Positions 36,513-49,754 of a stretch of DNA of 64,000 nucleotides are shown piece by piece. Both the position numbers and the translations under genes were made by a program. The notes under the pieces are model-generated. The model had not been told where the DNA came from, did not search any database, and saw nothing but the letters and a program-made list of their open reading frames with translations. The first letter of the stretch is position 1, and the number at the start of each line of letters is the position of its first letter. Origin of the DNA: Hydrolagus colliei (Eukaryota); assembly GCA_035084275.1 (NCBI GenBank), contig CM068750.1, positions 13,578,001-13,642,000 on the forward strand, given 5' to 3'.

Positions 36513-37287
36513 AATGTGCTTCTCCTCCTACTCCTACTTCCCTGCCTCTTTCCCTTGCATGGCGAGCAACAAGCTCTCCAGCGGAAAGCACACATGACCA
36601 TATTAAATCCAAAGCTACTTGTTTTCTGAAAGTCCTGGCTAGCCTGTAAACCCAACAAAAAATAGTCATTTACTTTGTTGCTGAGTGTAAATTAGCAACC
36701 AGGTTTGCCTATAAATTACACATTTTATAGTAAACCCCGCGAAGCGCTTTGGGGCATCTTCCCAATGTGAAAAGTTGTGCACTAAATGCAGGGGTTATTA
36801 TTCTCTGCTCCTACTCCTGCCGTTTGCTTCCTCTTGAACTGTGACTTGGCATTGATTTTAAAAGACACACACGCTTCACCTTCTTTCCCATGTAATGTAC
36901 AACACAAACAAAGGAAGACTGTTTCCACAAAGCAGGTCTGTGCCTTACATAAAGCAGGAGCCAAGCCATCCATTATTTAGTACTGTGTTAAACTTGATCA
37001 CAAGGCGGAGGTTGAGGATGCGGAATGCAATCAATATTTCAGTCACGGAAAGTACAGGTGACCATCTTAGCCTGCTTGAGAAATTAACATGCAAATCTAT
37101 GCATCCAAATATATGCAGAAATGCATTCACCCCTGTTTCAATCATTTGAAAATATTCTAAATAATTCCATCAAGCATTTAAAAAATAGATTTGTTTTGTG
37201 ATCATCTAGGTTTGGACTCTGAAGGCCAATGGGGACATAGGGCTATCAAATGTATCTTTGCTTGACACTTGACAGCTGAGAATCAAA

Positions 37288-37445
37288 TGGAATCTTTGTA
37301 GCATATTGGTTAGAGCACTCGCCTTGAAAGCGAGACGACCTGGGTTCAATTCCTGGCCAGGGCGAAATGCTAGACAACTTTCCTGACTGCGCACGCCTCT
37401 GTTTACAAGGCACTATATTAAATGCAAAGTTTATTTATTATTATT
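37288..37445 (+). mobile_element. Family B SINE, head joined to tail (internal deletion)
   Basis: GGTTAGAGCACTCGCCTTGAAAGCGAGACGACCTGGGTTCAATTCCTGG...GCCTCTGTTTAC|AAGGCACTATATTAAATGCAAAG. Confidence 0.75.
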
Positions 37446-38539
37446 TAAATAACCACCAATTAGTATGCTGTTGTTACTCGCTGCTCTCTTCGTCATTAAA
37501 TTGCTTCAAAGGACTTCAGTGTCATTATTTTATATAATTCCCATCAGCAGGTGAGGAGTCATTGGCTTTGCTGCGCTTTGGGTTACCTCTAGACAATTTA
37601 AATAATTGGAGCTTTTCCTCGGGTAGCTTTGTTATGGTGATTTATGTAGATTCCCCATCTACCAAAGGTTAATACCTGCTGCTAATGAACCGCTTGCCTC
37701 TGTTTCACTTGAAGAATGGCCCACTGTATGGCAAGCAGCCTGCGGTCATCTGTCACAGCTCAGCATCATCATCCAATGCAAAACACAACAAGGGAAAGAT
37801 TGAAGTTGAAATGACATGCTTCCACCGTTTAGTTACGGTAATGAGTTGAGTAATGCCTGGGGTCTACATGTCACTATCTTTTTCCCTATTGGAACTGATC
37901 CCAGGTGCTTAGTTGTTTGGATGTGAGGCTGTTGGGAATTGGATTGTAGTTCTTGTGATTCCGCCCCGACTGTCAACTCCTCAGAAATTGATCAAATGAG
38001 GAACTAAAAATAACTTTTAGGCAAAGAGAAGAAATGATTAAAGGGCGGAACGTAGGGAGGCCTGCGGTAAGCAGTTGTTTTGCGGTAATCCAAGGAAGGA
38101 TAAGAGGTATAGATGTGTTTGCAAAAAGCAAAAACCTGAAAGATTGGTCAATCTGGGCACATTATGGATCCTCTCACATTATGTTCAATGCGAAGTTTAA
38201 AGTAAAATACTATGGGAGATTAATTATCATTGCATTTCAAATCAAGAATGCTAAAATTATACCTAGTTTTAGCTGTCATCTATATGAAGAAGTACTTTAA
38301 AATTCCCGCAAAGGACTATCAAGAAAGTAACTTGTAAACAAATTCAAAGGTATAATTCCCTTTGATTTTTGTATCTAAAAAGTACATTTTCCACTTTTTC
38401 CCTGAATATCGTTGAAAATTAAGTAGAAATTGGACATGGTTTTTTGGGCATAACTCAAGAACCGAGTGTCGGTTTTCAAAAAAAAAGCCTGTTCTGTGTT
38501 TCTTTCATCAAGCTGCTTCATTTCAACCACATTTTAATG

Positions 38540-39305
38540 TTACATGGTGAAGTTTGAAAAATGGTGTGACCTACCACTTGCTATCTTGTAAACCACTGTA
38601 TCATTGTAAATTATTCCCTTAAACCCTTGGCAGAACAACTGTTTTTTACAAGATGCAAGTTGGTTATGTTTTTGTGCTTGTACATTATAGACTAGCACTT
38701 TGATATAACTGTAGCACCTGTGGGGGTACCATCCTTCAAAAGAGACTTTAAATCCAGGTCCCACCTGCCTGTTTAGATGGACTGTTACAATCCAACAGCA
38801 TATTTCAAAAGAAAGGGAATTTCTACTGTTATCTGGACCAGTGGTTCTCAACCAGGGTTTTGTAACCCCAGGGTACAAAATTACTTCCAGTGGGTGCGGG
38901 TACATTGATTTATTTAGCTCTCTTATTTAGCTTTTTATAGCCTTCCAAATTGTATATTTAATTGTTATTCCCCTTGTTTTGTATGTGCTAGTTATTTTGT
39001 TATGTAAGAAAAGCTTAGTCATAAAATGCAAGTGGAATGAGGGGTGTGTGTGTGTGTATGTGGTTGGGTGGGGGTACACGATAATGTTGAAAATTAACAA
39101 GGAGCACATTACTGAAAAGGCTTGAGAACCACTGGTCTAGACAACAAATGAAGCTGGTCATTCACTTTACATTGATGTGCACAAATTACCTACCTCTTTC
39201 TTCAGCAAAATACAAGTCATTACGCTTGACAATAATTCCTGTGAAGTGTATTAAGACGTTTCGATGGCATGATGAGAGATTATATCAAATATAAGGATCA
39301 TTATT
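38540..39305. mobile_element. Deu-SINE pieces interrupted by a hAT MITE
   Basis: Deu core from about 38730 (GAGACTTTAAATCCAGGTCCCACCTGCCTG), resuming after 39134 (CTGGTCATTCAC...GTGCACAAATT...AAGGATCATTA). Confidence 0.6.
38839..39134. mobile_element. hAT (Charlie-like) non-autonomous element
   Basis: Perfect 13-bp TIRs CAGTGGTTCTCAA and TTGAGAACCACTG; 8-bp TSD ATCTGGAC / GTCTAGAC (6/8). Confidence 0.85.
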
Positions 39306-39984
39306 TGGATTAATGTTTAAGTACAGGTGGAATAATCAGAGAACCAGCTTCAAAACTTATACAAGACAGATCATGGACCTTTGATTACATTTTATCTACT
39401 GATTTAGCCTAAGAGCTCCCAAACATTTGCTCTTACTCACCACATGAATATGAAACGGCACAAAAAATTCACAGGAAAGAATATGAATAATGCAATTCAA
39501 GAACTGGTATCAACACTTCCATTTAATCCCTAATACTGTATTCCTTAGTAATAGCTTGGAGTTGAATGGTACATCCTAAATCCATTTTTAGATTCCGAGT
39601 TTATGTAATTTTACGCCAATTACATATGGAGAAAGCCTAAACGCTCGTTCCCTCTCATCAGCTTTACAAATATCCTTGGGTCTGGTTTCTAAGTTTTACA
39701 TGGAGACAAGGATGATCTTAATAATTTTCCTGATGAATGTAATGACCTGAGCCATGTTGCAATATGCCTGCAGTCTGAAAAGCAAATCAGCATTGGCTTG
39801 CATCCTGCTGGTAAAACTTGATTTCAGAGCTTTAGCTGCTAAATTATTTCTGTTTCAGACACTGAAAGACATCAGTGTTCCAGACATGTTTTCTTTAATA
39901 CATTCTGAAATATCTGTCATCATCTCCCTTTGCCAGGGAATAAATTCAATTAATTCTTCCAACTGAGGCGTAATTCTTCCTCAT

Positions 39985-40295
39985 CATAATAATAAAAATC
40001 CTCGTGTTCGATATAGCACTTTACATGTCTTCTAGATGTCTCAAAGCACTTTAGAGAATATACTGTAAAGTGAATTGACCGGTTATTTGTGGGCGAAATG
40101 CAGTATTACGCACAGCAGTGTCCCACATCAGGCGTGGATTGAAATGACTAGTGTATTATTATTTTCTTTCTTGACAGATTATTATCAAGCATGTGGAGTA
40201 AAGAAACTTGCCCAAGATTTCACCCTGTTGAGAATCGAATCCAGATCTCCCACTTGCAAGGCGAGTACTCTAACCACTGAGCTGGAGGACTCTAC
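39985..40295 (-). mobile_element. Family B SINE
   Basis: Reverse complement head TCTAACCACTGAGCT, CORE-like GTGGAGTAAAGAAACTTGCCCAAG, tail ATAATAATAAAAATCCT. Confidence 0.8.
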
Positions 40296-40299
40296 TATG

Positions 40300-40900
40300 A
40301 AGAAGAGTGATTGTGTATTTGTGGGCAAAGGCCGCAACCAACAATGTCCCACAAATAACCATGAAACTAATCACCAAATTTTATTTTGGGGAGGATTGAT
40401 TGTTGGCCAGGATCCTGGGATAAACTCTGTTCTCCTTTTGAGTCATGCCAGATGATTTTTAACATGCACCTGACCAAGCAGACGGAAATCTCGGCTTGAC
40501 ATCTCATCCAAAGGATGACACAAAGGACAATGTAACATAGCAGCAATGCTCTGGGTGTTAGCTTACACAAGTGGCTTCTAAACTTTCAATAGCGGCACAG
40601 CCCCTAACTCAGCAACGTTTTCCTTGCGCACCCCACCCCCCCCCCCCACATTCGGCTCTGCACACTCGGGTCCTCAGCTCTTCAGCTCTGCCTCAACTCC
40701 ACATGCACTCGGGCTCAAGAATCTAAAGCTCTGCGCCCCCCCAGCCAACGGTATGTGCCCTCCAAGGGAGGCACACCCCACAGTTTGAAAACCACTGTCT
40801 TAGACTATGTGCGTTCAAAGTCCCAACATGGGGGCTTGAACTCGCAACCTTTTGATTCGGAGACAGGAGTACTGCACTACCAAGTGAGCCTGGTTGACAC
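40300..40900 (-). mobile_element. Deu-domain tRNA-SINE interrupted by a hAT MITE
   Basis: CCCACAAATAACCATG, TTGGCCAGGA, CTCGGCTTGACATCTCATCCAAAG; head CTACCAAGTGAGCC at about 40877. Confidence 0.75.
40569..40797. mobile_element. hAT (Charlie-like) non-autonomous element
   Basis: TIRs AAGTGGCTTCTAAACT and AGTTTGAAAACCACTG; 8-bp TSD GCTTACAC / TCTTAGAC (6/8). Confidence 0.7.
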
Positions 40901-43728
40901 ACAAAGTATTCTAGGGATGAAACCCTAATGTAGAAAAACTATTCTCTACCCATTGTACTTGTGTACATGATACAGATTCTCAGCCTGCCTGCTTGCCTTT
41001 ATTGCCTGATTTAATAAGAAAGATGTGGAATTTCACAGCTGTTGCCAGTGACATGAAAAGTGATGACCTACGTATCCTTTTGGCTAATTGTGTTTAAGTC
41101 TTGCATTTTATAGAAATATGTACAAATGTGTGTGTACGGGGGAAAGAGGAAGAAATCTGCTGTGTGGTTATAATTACCACTGAAACAAAATGGTTTATAT
41201 CCTGTTTGGGATTGAACCTTTTCCTCTCTTCTCCCCCTTCCTATAGCCCTTTCACTTTCAGGAGAACCATAATTTAAGATGATCCTTGCATTTGTTACAC
41301 CTGCTTGTCATGTTGTTGAGACATCTCAGGATCTGTGAAGTGCAGTGACTGTGCACATTTAGGCGAACATTACCTTCAATTTGCCCACAGCAATGTTCCA
41401 CAAACAGCTTTGAAGTGAATGACACTTTGGTACAGTATTAGAGATATCCTGCATTATCGGAGAAGCCGTCTTTCGAATGTGACATTAAATCTAGATTCCC
41501 ATCTACCTGTTCGATAAGGTAAGCTAATTCCTCCCAGGGATGAAACTGGTCCTTTTTTAAAGTTGAAATTCTACACCATCTTAGCACACAAGACCCTTTT
41601 GTCATCAAACAAATTGTGAGAAATTCTTAAATAAAGTCTTAATTTGCTGTAAATAGAATTTTACAAAGCATTCCCCTGCAAATTGGAAAAGCGAGCATTT
41701 AATGTTGTGAAAAGGTAACCGGCAGACTGCTCTTAAGGCAGTGTTTAAACAAGACACCTTGCAAGGTAGATTGTTCAAATATATATGTTTGTATTATTAG
41801 ATTCAACTTAACATCGGATAGACAGATTCAGAATTTCAATATTGCTTTTTTATTAATGTTTCTCTGTGACTTTGCAAACCTATGTATAGCACAGCTGTTC
41901 ACAAAGATGGAAATGTACGTGGGAAATGGTTAGTTAATTTAGGTCTCTTCTTAACCTCACAAACTCAGCTGCACAGCAACATGTCCCATTTTCCAGAGCA
42001 TCTACCAATACTACTCCAGAGCGTCTACCAAAACCTCTCGGACAGCTAATTGAGCAAGTCTCTTCTGGAGCTGCTATGAGTGAGTCGGTTATAGCTTTCA
42101 TCCTTTGGCGAGCTGTTTGACCTATGGTTGGAGATTATCCTTCAGTTTATGTGGCTCTTCAGCTGCACAGTCTGCAGGAATCACTCCTTCATCTCAGCTG
42201 CTTTAGATTTTTCCCTTTTATTCCCAAACAACCTTTGCTTGGAGGGCTCAGAATTTTGCATGGCAAGTCCAACAATTTGAGAGAGTGAATGGCCTGCATT
42301 CCACCCATTTACTCAAATGTTTGCCAGTATTACTGAACAGGGGACTTTTAAGCCCTCAATTGCTTCTGGAGAAATGGGCACAGTAACTCAATAGTAACCA
42401 TGACAGATGTGCCCTTAAATAGTTTGCATGACTCAATTCCAAAAAACATTAATGGGGTAAATGTATTAAAGCCTTTAATGCCGCTCCATTAATTTGATTC
42501 GATTTCTCATTGTCTGATTTTCTTCCATTCCCAAATGACTGAAAGTCTGCTCCGATGACCATTTTGATAACTTCAAATTAAGTTTCTCCTTAGTGAAAGC
42601 AACGCTGACTGTTAACTCGATCAAATGGTCCTACTATGAATGTTGGTATCAGACCACAAGAGCAGCAGACTTACTTTAACCCTGGTAATAAACATTCCTA
42701 TATGTTACACTTGTTACGCAGAACTAGTCTGAAAGACATCAGCTATTTCACCGACAGCTGTCCTCAAACTATAAATTAGCTGGTGCCATTCAACTACCAA
42801 TTACACAGTCAATATGCTTTACAATATATCATGCAAGTGCTTTGAGGTGTCCACCCAATCTAAAAGCCGCTATATCAAATATAAGTTGGTTTTACCTAGA
42901 ATTACGAGGTATTACAATAGAATGAATTGAGTTCTGAAGAGTGACACGACATAGACATAAGCCATTTGATCCAGCTAGTCCGTACCAATGTTTATACTCC
43001 ACACAAAGCCTCAATTCTCCCATGCCCCTCAATATTACCATACAATTTCCTTCACACTTATGCATGTGTCAGGTCTGGAGCTTAGTCAAACCTTCAGGGT
43101 CTTTCACAGTGGGATACTAAAACCAATTTCTATTCTCTATTTTTAGACAAGTTGTTTGGATTGGAAGTTTTTGTAGTTATTCTTGACAAGTGAAGCTGTG
43201 TCTGTTGACCATCAGGGTACACTGCCATTGATTCAATTTTATATGTACTGTACTTTATAAGCAAATAAGGGCTTCAAGCCCTCTGTAAACTGAAGCAGGC
43301 ATATGTGCCTAATTACTTAGTCCCCAATGAAACATTAAAACAGCCATCATCTACTGATATAAATGAGCCTTTTAACTATAGTAATGATATATCCGGCAAT
43401 TAAAAATAACAATGCTTGGTTTAAATTTTTAAGGATGTCCTACTGTTTAACACTTGTTCTTTGCTACTCCCACTGTCTTTCATTCTCTCTCTCTCTCTTC
43501 ATTTTTCCCATGACTTATCAATTCAACCTAGTCTTTCCTAGCTTGTAGGACCATTTTGTCTCCAAATTTAAGATTGTGTAGAACCACAAAGATGAATCAA
43601 TTCAGTCTTCATTTGGAAATCAGTTATTTTTAAGAACTGTAGAAATCCAGTTTGCCAATTATGCCAATGGACATTAAACTGATAAGCAGTAGGAAGCTTG
43701 CCAAATAGGATTCTCAATGGCATTCTAC

Positions 43729-43930
43729 ATGGTTTTAGCTGATTAAACTCTCCAAGCCTTGGTTCTCCCCAACCTTCACCTAATACTCATAGAAATTAAG
43801 TAAGCAGGATGCACATCCTTCCAGGGAGAGAGCGCACATTCCATATAAAGGGAAGTTACCATGCCTATGCAGAACTCTGCCTGATTTGGTGATGGATTTC
43901 TGTATGCATCACACACCCAACTGACCAAAA
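43729..43930 (+). repeat. Unclassified dispersed repeat, copy 2
   Basis: CCAAGCCTTGG...CCAACCTTCACCTAATACTC...GTAAGCAGGATGCACATCCTTCCAGGGAGAGAGCGCACATTCCAT. Confidence 0.65.
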
Positions 43931-44124
43931 CCCTCTCTCTCATGGAAGTTCCTTTGATTTGGTAATCTTATCACCTAGCTCAAATGATGAACAAGCATGG
44001 CTCATTAAGAAGGATCAACAATTAAAAGCTGATACCTCTTGAGGGTAAATTGAATAAGTAGTTGGGCAGCTGAGCCTATTTATGTAACTGCCTGTGCTGT
44101 AGAGAGAATTACCTCCCCACTCAA

Positions 44125-45400
44125 TTCTATCTGTACCCAGTGCTAAGAAGGTTAGGATTAGCTGAGCTGCCACGGAACACCCCTCTGGGTTGGAATGCCC
44201 CGAGGTACCTGAAAGAGATCGAGACATTCCTATCCGAGAACCGGGTGGATCCCTCTGAAATTCCCAGGTGGACAACGCGGACAGTGTTAGACATCATCCG
44301 AGAGAGAGAGGTGAACGAAACCATGGTAGGGTATCCTCCGGCGACCGTTAGTCACATCTGGGAGAACGTTTCATCCCCAGCTCTGACTAACAAACACCAG
44401 GATGTGGCCTGGATGACGGTCAAGAGAGTGCTGGGACTCAAGAACTTTCTGATTAGAAGAGGCTTAGTGCAGTCCGAAAGTTGCCCTCGGGAGGGCTGTG
44501 GAGGGAAGGAGAATGAGGAACATCTGTTCCTGCATTGTGCCTTTGCCAAACAGGTGTGGAACAAGACAGAGTGGCTACTCTCGCAGTTCATCCCGGGAGT
44601 CCCTCTGTCAGCCCACTCGGTGTTGTATGGCCTCTTCTCAGGGGGACACGGAGTGACTGACCTACAATGTGCCTGGAGGGTCATCAACTCGGTCAAGCAT
44701 AGCCTATGGGTCTGCTGCAACCGAGAGACCTCCGGACATGGAAATAGGTCAGTGTCGGCCTGTTACAGGAGGGCGATGGTAAGTGTCCGGGAATATGTTA
44801 TCAGGGATGCCCTGGAGATAGGCTCAGACGAGGCCAAGGATAGGTGGGGCGTGATCTAGAATGCCACTGCTTAGAACTGCTTAGTACGTCGGGGACTCTA
44901 TACTCAGTGCATGTGGGGGGACGCTCGACCTGTAACCAGAGAGTGACCCCAAGTGAAGGGTTTTATTTGTAAAAGCCTCTCCCCATAAAGGGGGGAGCAT
45001 CGGAGTAGTTTCCCATTGTCTGTTTTTGTGTTTTTTTTTGTTTTTTGGCCTACCATCCGGTAAGGGAAGGATGGTGGAGCTGGGATTAGCCCCTTTGTAA
45101 CTGCTCCCTGTAAATAAAGGCAGCAGTGCAGAGAAACGAGGAGACCCTGACATATAAGGGGAATGTGGGTAATAGGCGTCTTATGTTTTGTGTCGAGAAT
45201 TACAGGGGGGTTTTTCCACAAAGACGGTGGATGGTTTTCTTTGGATGTCTTGGTTTATATTTCGCGTGGGTAGTGAGTCAGGGTCGCTGTGAGAATGTCA
45301 CGTGAGAAAATGGGTTTGCTGGTCTGTAACGGGAAAAGTTTAAAAAAACAAAATATATATGTTTTAAAAATATATATATATTTGTTTATTAAAAAAAAAA
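44125..45400 (+). mobile_element. Young 5'-truncated Tx1/L1-clade non-LTR retrotransposon
   Basis: Open ORF2 C-terminus, 3' UTR of about 540 bp, poly-A at 45391-45400, perfect 20-bp TSD AGAATTACCTCCCCACTCAA (44105-44124 and 45400-45419). Confidence 0.92.
44140..44859 (+). pseudogene. Tx1/L1 ORF2 C-terminal fragment with zf-RVT CCHC knuckle (239 codons, uninterrupted)
   Basis: IWENVSSPALTNKHQDVAW...CPREGCGGKENEEHLFLHCAFAKQVW...SVLYGLF...CAWRVINSVKHSLW; starts at the truncation point, so EN and RT are missing. Confidence 0.85.
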
Positions 45401-46151
45401 GAATTACCTCCCCACTCAAAGTTGACCCAGCTCCTAGAGATCTGCTTGTAAAGACTTGGGTTAGTGTTTTCCTTTTCCTCTTTGTTTGGTAAAAGTCAGA
45501 AAATAAATGCTGATTCCTTGTGCTCTGGAATATTATGGTGTTTGGAGACTGCTTCAAACCTATTTCCTTGACCATGCCTGTGGTCCTCCCCCTCCCCTAC
45601 TTGACACCTGTCTTCACTATTGTAAAGTGCTTTGAGATGTTGGTACATGTAGAGTGTGCTACATAAACTACCGTGGTTGTTTAACATATCCAGCTCAATC
45701 TCATGCAAATGAAGACAATCTAAGAAACTTATTTTGTGCTACTGTAAAATGTGAAGATCATCATTGTCTTACAGAGCCCTATGTTCTTTCTTTCTCTCAA
45801 AAGGATCAACATTTCTTGTGGTCTAATCCTTTAAGACTTTGAGAAATCTTGTACCTCATCTGCATTATTCTAATAATTAGTTTTGATGAAATCTTCAGTG
45901 CAAATTGAGAATGTTCTGAGATTGACAGAGGTGAACCTTTAACAAAGTGATGTATCTCCTTGATGCTGTTCGGTCTATCTTGCATTGTAATTTAACGTAA
46001 AAGTCATAATTACATTTAATTGATGATACCTTTTGCTGGAAGTTATTTCTGATGTCTGCCTTCACAGTACAGTACCTTAATTCCCACTTGTAACAGGAAT
46101 GAATAATACTACTTTAAGAAGAATTGGGTCCCACTATCGTCCTAAAGAAAG

Positions 46152-46505
46152 TGGAGTCCTCCAGTGTAATAGCTAAAGGACCTGGGTTTGATTTCTGGTC
46201 AGAGCGAAACCTTGGGTAAGTTTCCACACGCCTCTGTTTGCCTAGCAGTAAGTAGGAACCTGTTTGTTAGTCGATTGGCAGATTGTTTTCCAGGAGTAAT
46301 AATCCTTTCAATAAATAAATACAAAAATAATAATTAGGTCACTCAATCCATGAATATTTGTGGGATTAACTGTGTGCAATTAACTGCCTCATTTCACCCA
46401 CAAAATATACAGTCAATTGAATGTACAGTATATTCTGTGAAGCGCTTTGAGATATCGCAATGACATAATAAGGCACTATATCAAATGCAAAAATTATTAT
46501 TATTT
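46152..46505 (+). mobile_element. Family B SINE
   Basis: GGAGTCC...CCTGGGTTTGATTTCTGG...CGAAACCTTGGGTAAGTTTCC...GCCTCTGTTTGCCTAGCAGTAAGTAGGAACC; ATT tail. Confidence 0.8.
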
Positions 46506-49304
46506 TTAAAGCAATCTCCCAAATCATGCTGGGAAATGAAAGGCTACAGAATCAAGGTAAAATGATACAAAGTTCCATAACGCCAACTAGGGAGAGCTCT
46601 GATCACTTAAGCAGATCTCTCTTGAAAGAGCTGCTTAAAAAAGATCAAATGTGCAGTTTAAAAAAAATCTCCCTAGTGAGATGGCTCTTTCTAGTATTTA
46701 ATTGGGTTGGTCGTCCTTTTATTATATATTCTTGATGAAACGCTCTGTCTAATCCATGTTAATTAAGGTGAGCTTCGCTTTATAAGTAAATCCTAGCCTG
46801 CGATGAACACACATCGAATGAAAAGTAAAGTTGGAGGGCTTCGGTTTAATTTGTGTTTCTGAGACTATTGTGCCATTTTAGTTTTGGGGGGCTTGTTTTA
46901 TATTTGTCTTTTCAACATCCTTAAAATTTCAGTAGTTTCAGATTTTTACGTTTTATTGTAATCAATATAAATTCGGATTCAGAATTATTGTTGAGGATGT
47001 TTCATTGATAGAGGGGTGTCCTTCCCATGGGCTAATGCATAGTTTATAATTATTATTAATAATTTAATACAATAAAAAATAATATAACAACTATATGGTT
47101 ATTATAGTATTAATACCTTAGCATTTTAAAAATATTATAATTTTGAATCCTTGCAATTGGAAATAGTGCTTTCCACATTGGGAGCACTTTAGAGTTGCAA
47201 ATATATGATATACACATTTTGCCCTCAAAATACCCAGTCACTGTACTTTACAGTATGTACTGTGAAGCACTTTGAGACATCTCAATGACATGTTAAGGCT
47301 CTGTATTAAATACCAACACTGATATTTATTTACTCTTTACAACTGAAACATGTTAGCAGAAAGGCTGGTTCTGACCAGGTTACCGAACTGGTTTAAAAAG
47401 TAGATTGAAATGGGGAAGTGGGGGGGAAATGTAGGGTGGGTGTCAGAGGGACCCACCCCACTTATGTGGTGCAATCTAAAGAAGTGTATTGCGTTGGATT
47501 TATTTTTTCAATGCCATTTAAAATTTTGCACAAAATTCACTGCCTTGAGATTCCTCTCTTGGTCATCTATTAGAAATGGCAATCTTGTCTGCACTGATGT
47601 TTTCTTTGCCACGAGCGGTCTTATTACATCCCATTCGCTTCAGGTTCCTTTTCAAGTACAGTATAAATCTAATTCCAACAGAGGCTTATTGCAAACATTG
47701 TAACAATTCCAAAGACATTTTATGACATTCCTCAAAACCCAAAGGGAAAAAAAATGCTTTCAATAGAAGTAGGAAATGTTTTTCTTTTGTTTAAAAACTG
47801 TGTGAGGCCGTTCCTTACAATGTCTCCGCACACTGCTGTTGGCCCCAAAGTTCAAAAGTGGTATTCTATTTATTTCCATCAGAAAACCAATTTCTACCAA
47901 ATTATTGCACTTTTAGATTCTGTTCAAGTCTTTCTCAGTTCCTCACAGAAATATTTTTTGAGCACACAGTGAAAATATTGTCATTGCAATACCGTATATA
48001 GTCCACAATGGAGAGTCGCATGTGGAAGTATTAGCACTGATGCATCTAATTCAAGCTTCCCTAGTGGAATGGTATTAGTATTTTGTGCACTACACTCGAA
48101 ATGTTGTATATATTGGTCTCTTCTTTTCCTTTGCCAGACAATAACAACAACTTATAGCGTGCCGGAGAGCTTCATAGTGACGGAACACAGTGACAGAGAA
48201 ATTAAAGAATAAATGTGAATGATTTGGAGTTGTGGTTTTTTTCCCCCCCATTCTCCCAAGTTTTCTCCGTACCTGATAATTGAAATATGGTATTCATGTC
48301 ATGCTCCACATCAGTGGCATGCAAGTCTTCCCAATTCAATTATACCGCATAATTGGACCCCAAACTATTGTGTTTTACAGAGAACCGCAACGAATGGTCA
48401 TGAATATTTAAAAGGTGTTCGTTTGTTACAGTTAAACGTGTTTTCATTCGTAAATGCTATTCGGTATCTAAATTCAGTTGCTAATTATTCTGTGGAAAAA
48501 CAATCACACCAGAGAACTCTTGTACAGGTTTATAATTAGATAAGCTTCCTGCTTTTCACAGCTTAGTTAATATGAGTTTTTTTTTGCTTCCAAGTCTTAG
48601 TTAAGATAGTGAGTTTCTATAAAAGGGCATCGTTTTTTTATTACGTTAAAGGGATAGAGGTTTTCATTTATTTTACAATCAAGGCAGCCTGGCTCTGTCA
48701 GTTGCACTGAATCAGCAGGTTGTGGGTTAAAGCCCCACACAGTGGCAACCAATTTGCAATGTCTTACAAACAGCCATGGAATCAATCATCAATTTTATTT
48801 GAGGGATTATTGACTGGGATACCGTGAGAGATTATACAGCGTCTCCTACAAAGAATAGTACCTCCAACAACGCAGCCCTCCCTTTAGCACTTGACTCCTT
48901 TAAGTCATGAAATTGAGACAGGGAATTCCTTTTGATCCAGAAGAGAAAGCACTACCAACTTAACAAAACTGACATGTCTCATGACTGTTATGGTTACCAA
49001 AGTCCACATCCTCAAAGTGTAGCAAGATTACTGTAGACTCCAGAGAAGCACAGAATAAGAAGGGATACATTCAAAGCACAGCAAAGGAATTTATTGCATT
49101 TGATAAATTTCTGTTTGTTTCTTCTCTGACCGAGCTGGAACAATTTTAGTACGCTAGTTGAATCTGAATCCTTGTTTGAAATAGCTGTTGGACATGATCA
49201 TATTTTTACCAGTGATTTCTTGCAAAGGCTTATTTACGGGTCGATGTGTAACCTTTCTTGTATAATTTACTTCCATCTCCGACTAATGTAGAGTTGGCAT
49301 CTCA

Positions 49305-49550
49305 CAGTCGGCAGACATGCATTCCACCCTTTTTATACTCTGGAATATATGTATTCTGTATACCACTGGAATATATCTCAAGGGCGATGTTTATGAAAGC
49401 TGTGAAACAAATTGCTAATCTCGTATGGTAATGTAAACTATTTATAACTAGCTGTACCCCTGCATAACATACTTTTTTTGCTTTTGAACACATTTATTCA
49501 TATTTTGAAACTTTTTAAAAAATAATGTATTTGTTGTTTACAAAAAAAAG
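49305..49550 (+). mobile_element. Solo 3' UTR and poly-A of a Tx1-like LINE
   Basis: CAGACATGCATTCCACCCTTTTTATACTCTGGAATA is near-identical to 50207-50242 in the UTR of the adjacent Tx1 relic; ends in an A-run at about 49542. Confidence 0.6.
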
Positions 49551-49653
49551 TGAGCCTTTAATCACCAGCTTGTTAAGCTGTATTGTTTTTTGTTTTCCTT
49601 TTAAAAGTTCATTGTTACAATTGCGGAAACATACCTAAGGCTTTTTTATCTCT

Positions 49654-49710
49654 CTATATATATATATACATATAGACATAAATATACATACATTATATAT
49701 ATATATATAT
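49654..49710. repeat. (TA)n-rich microsatellite
   Basis: Direct reading. Confidence 0.85.
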
Positions 49711-49754
49711 GGACGGTTCTATATAGCACAGCCTTTTATACACCAACAGTGTTG

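Noticed and set aside
38453-38512. Possible hammerhead on the minus strand (TTGATGA...GAAA-ACCGA-CAC-TCGGT-TC)
   Set aside because: Stem III is good, but C3 is missing, stem II is only A/T runs, and no stem I can form.
42929-42950. AGTTCTGAAGA, resembling the start of the hammerhead repeat
   Set aside because: No GAAA box or downstream repeat body; it is followed by a CR1-like end.
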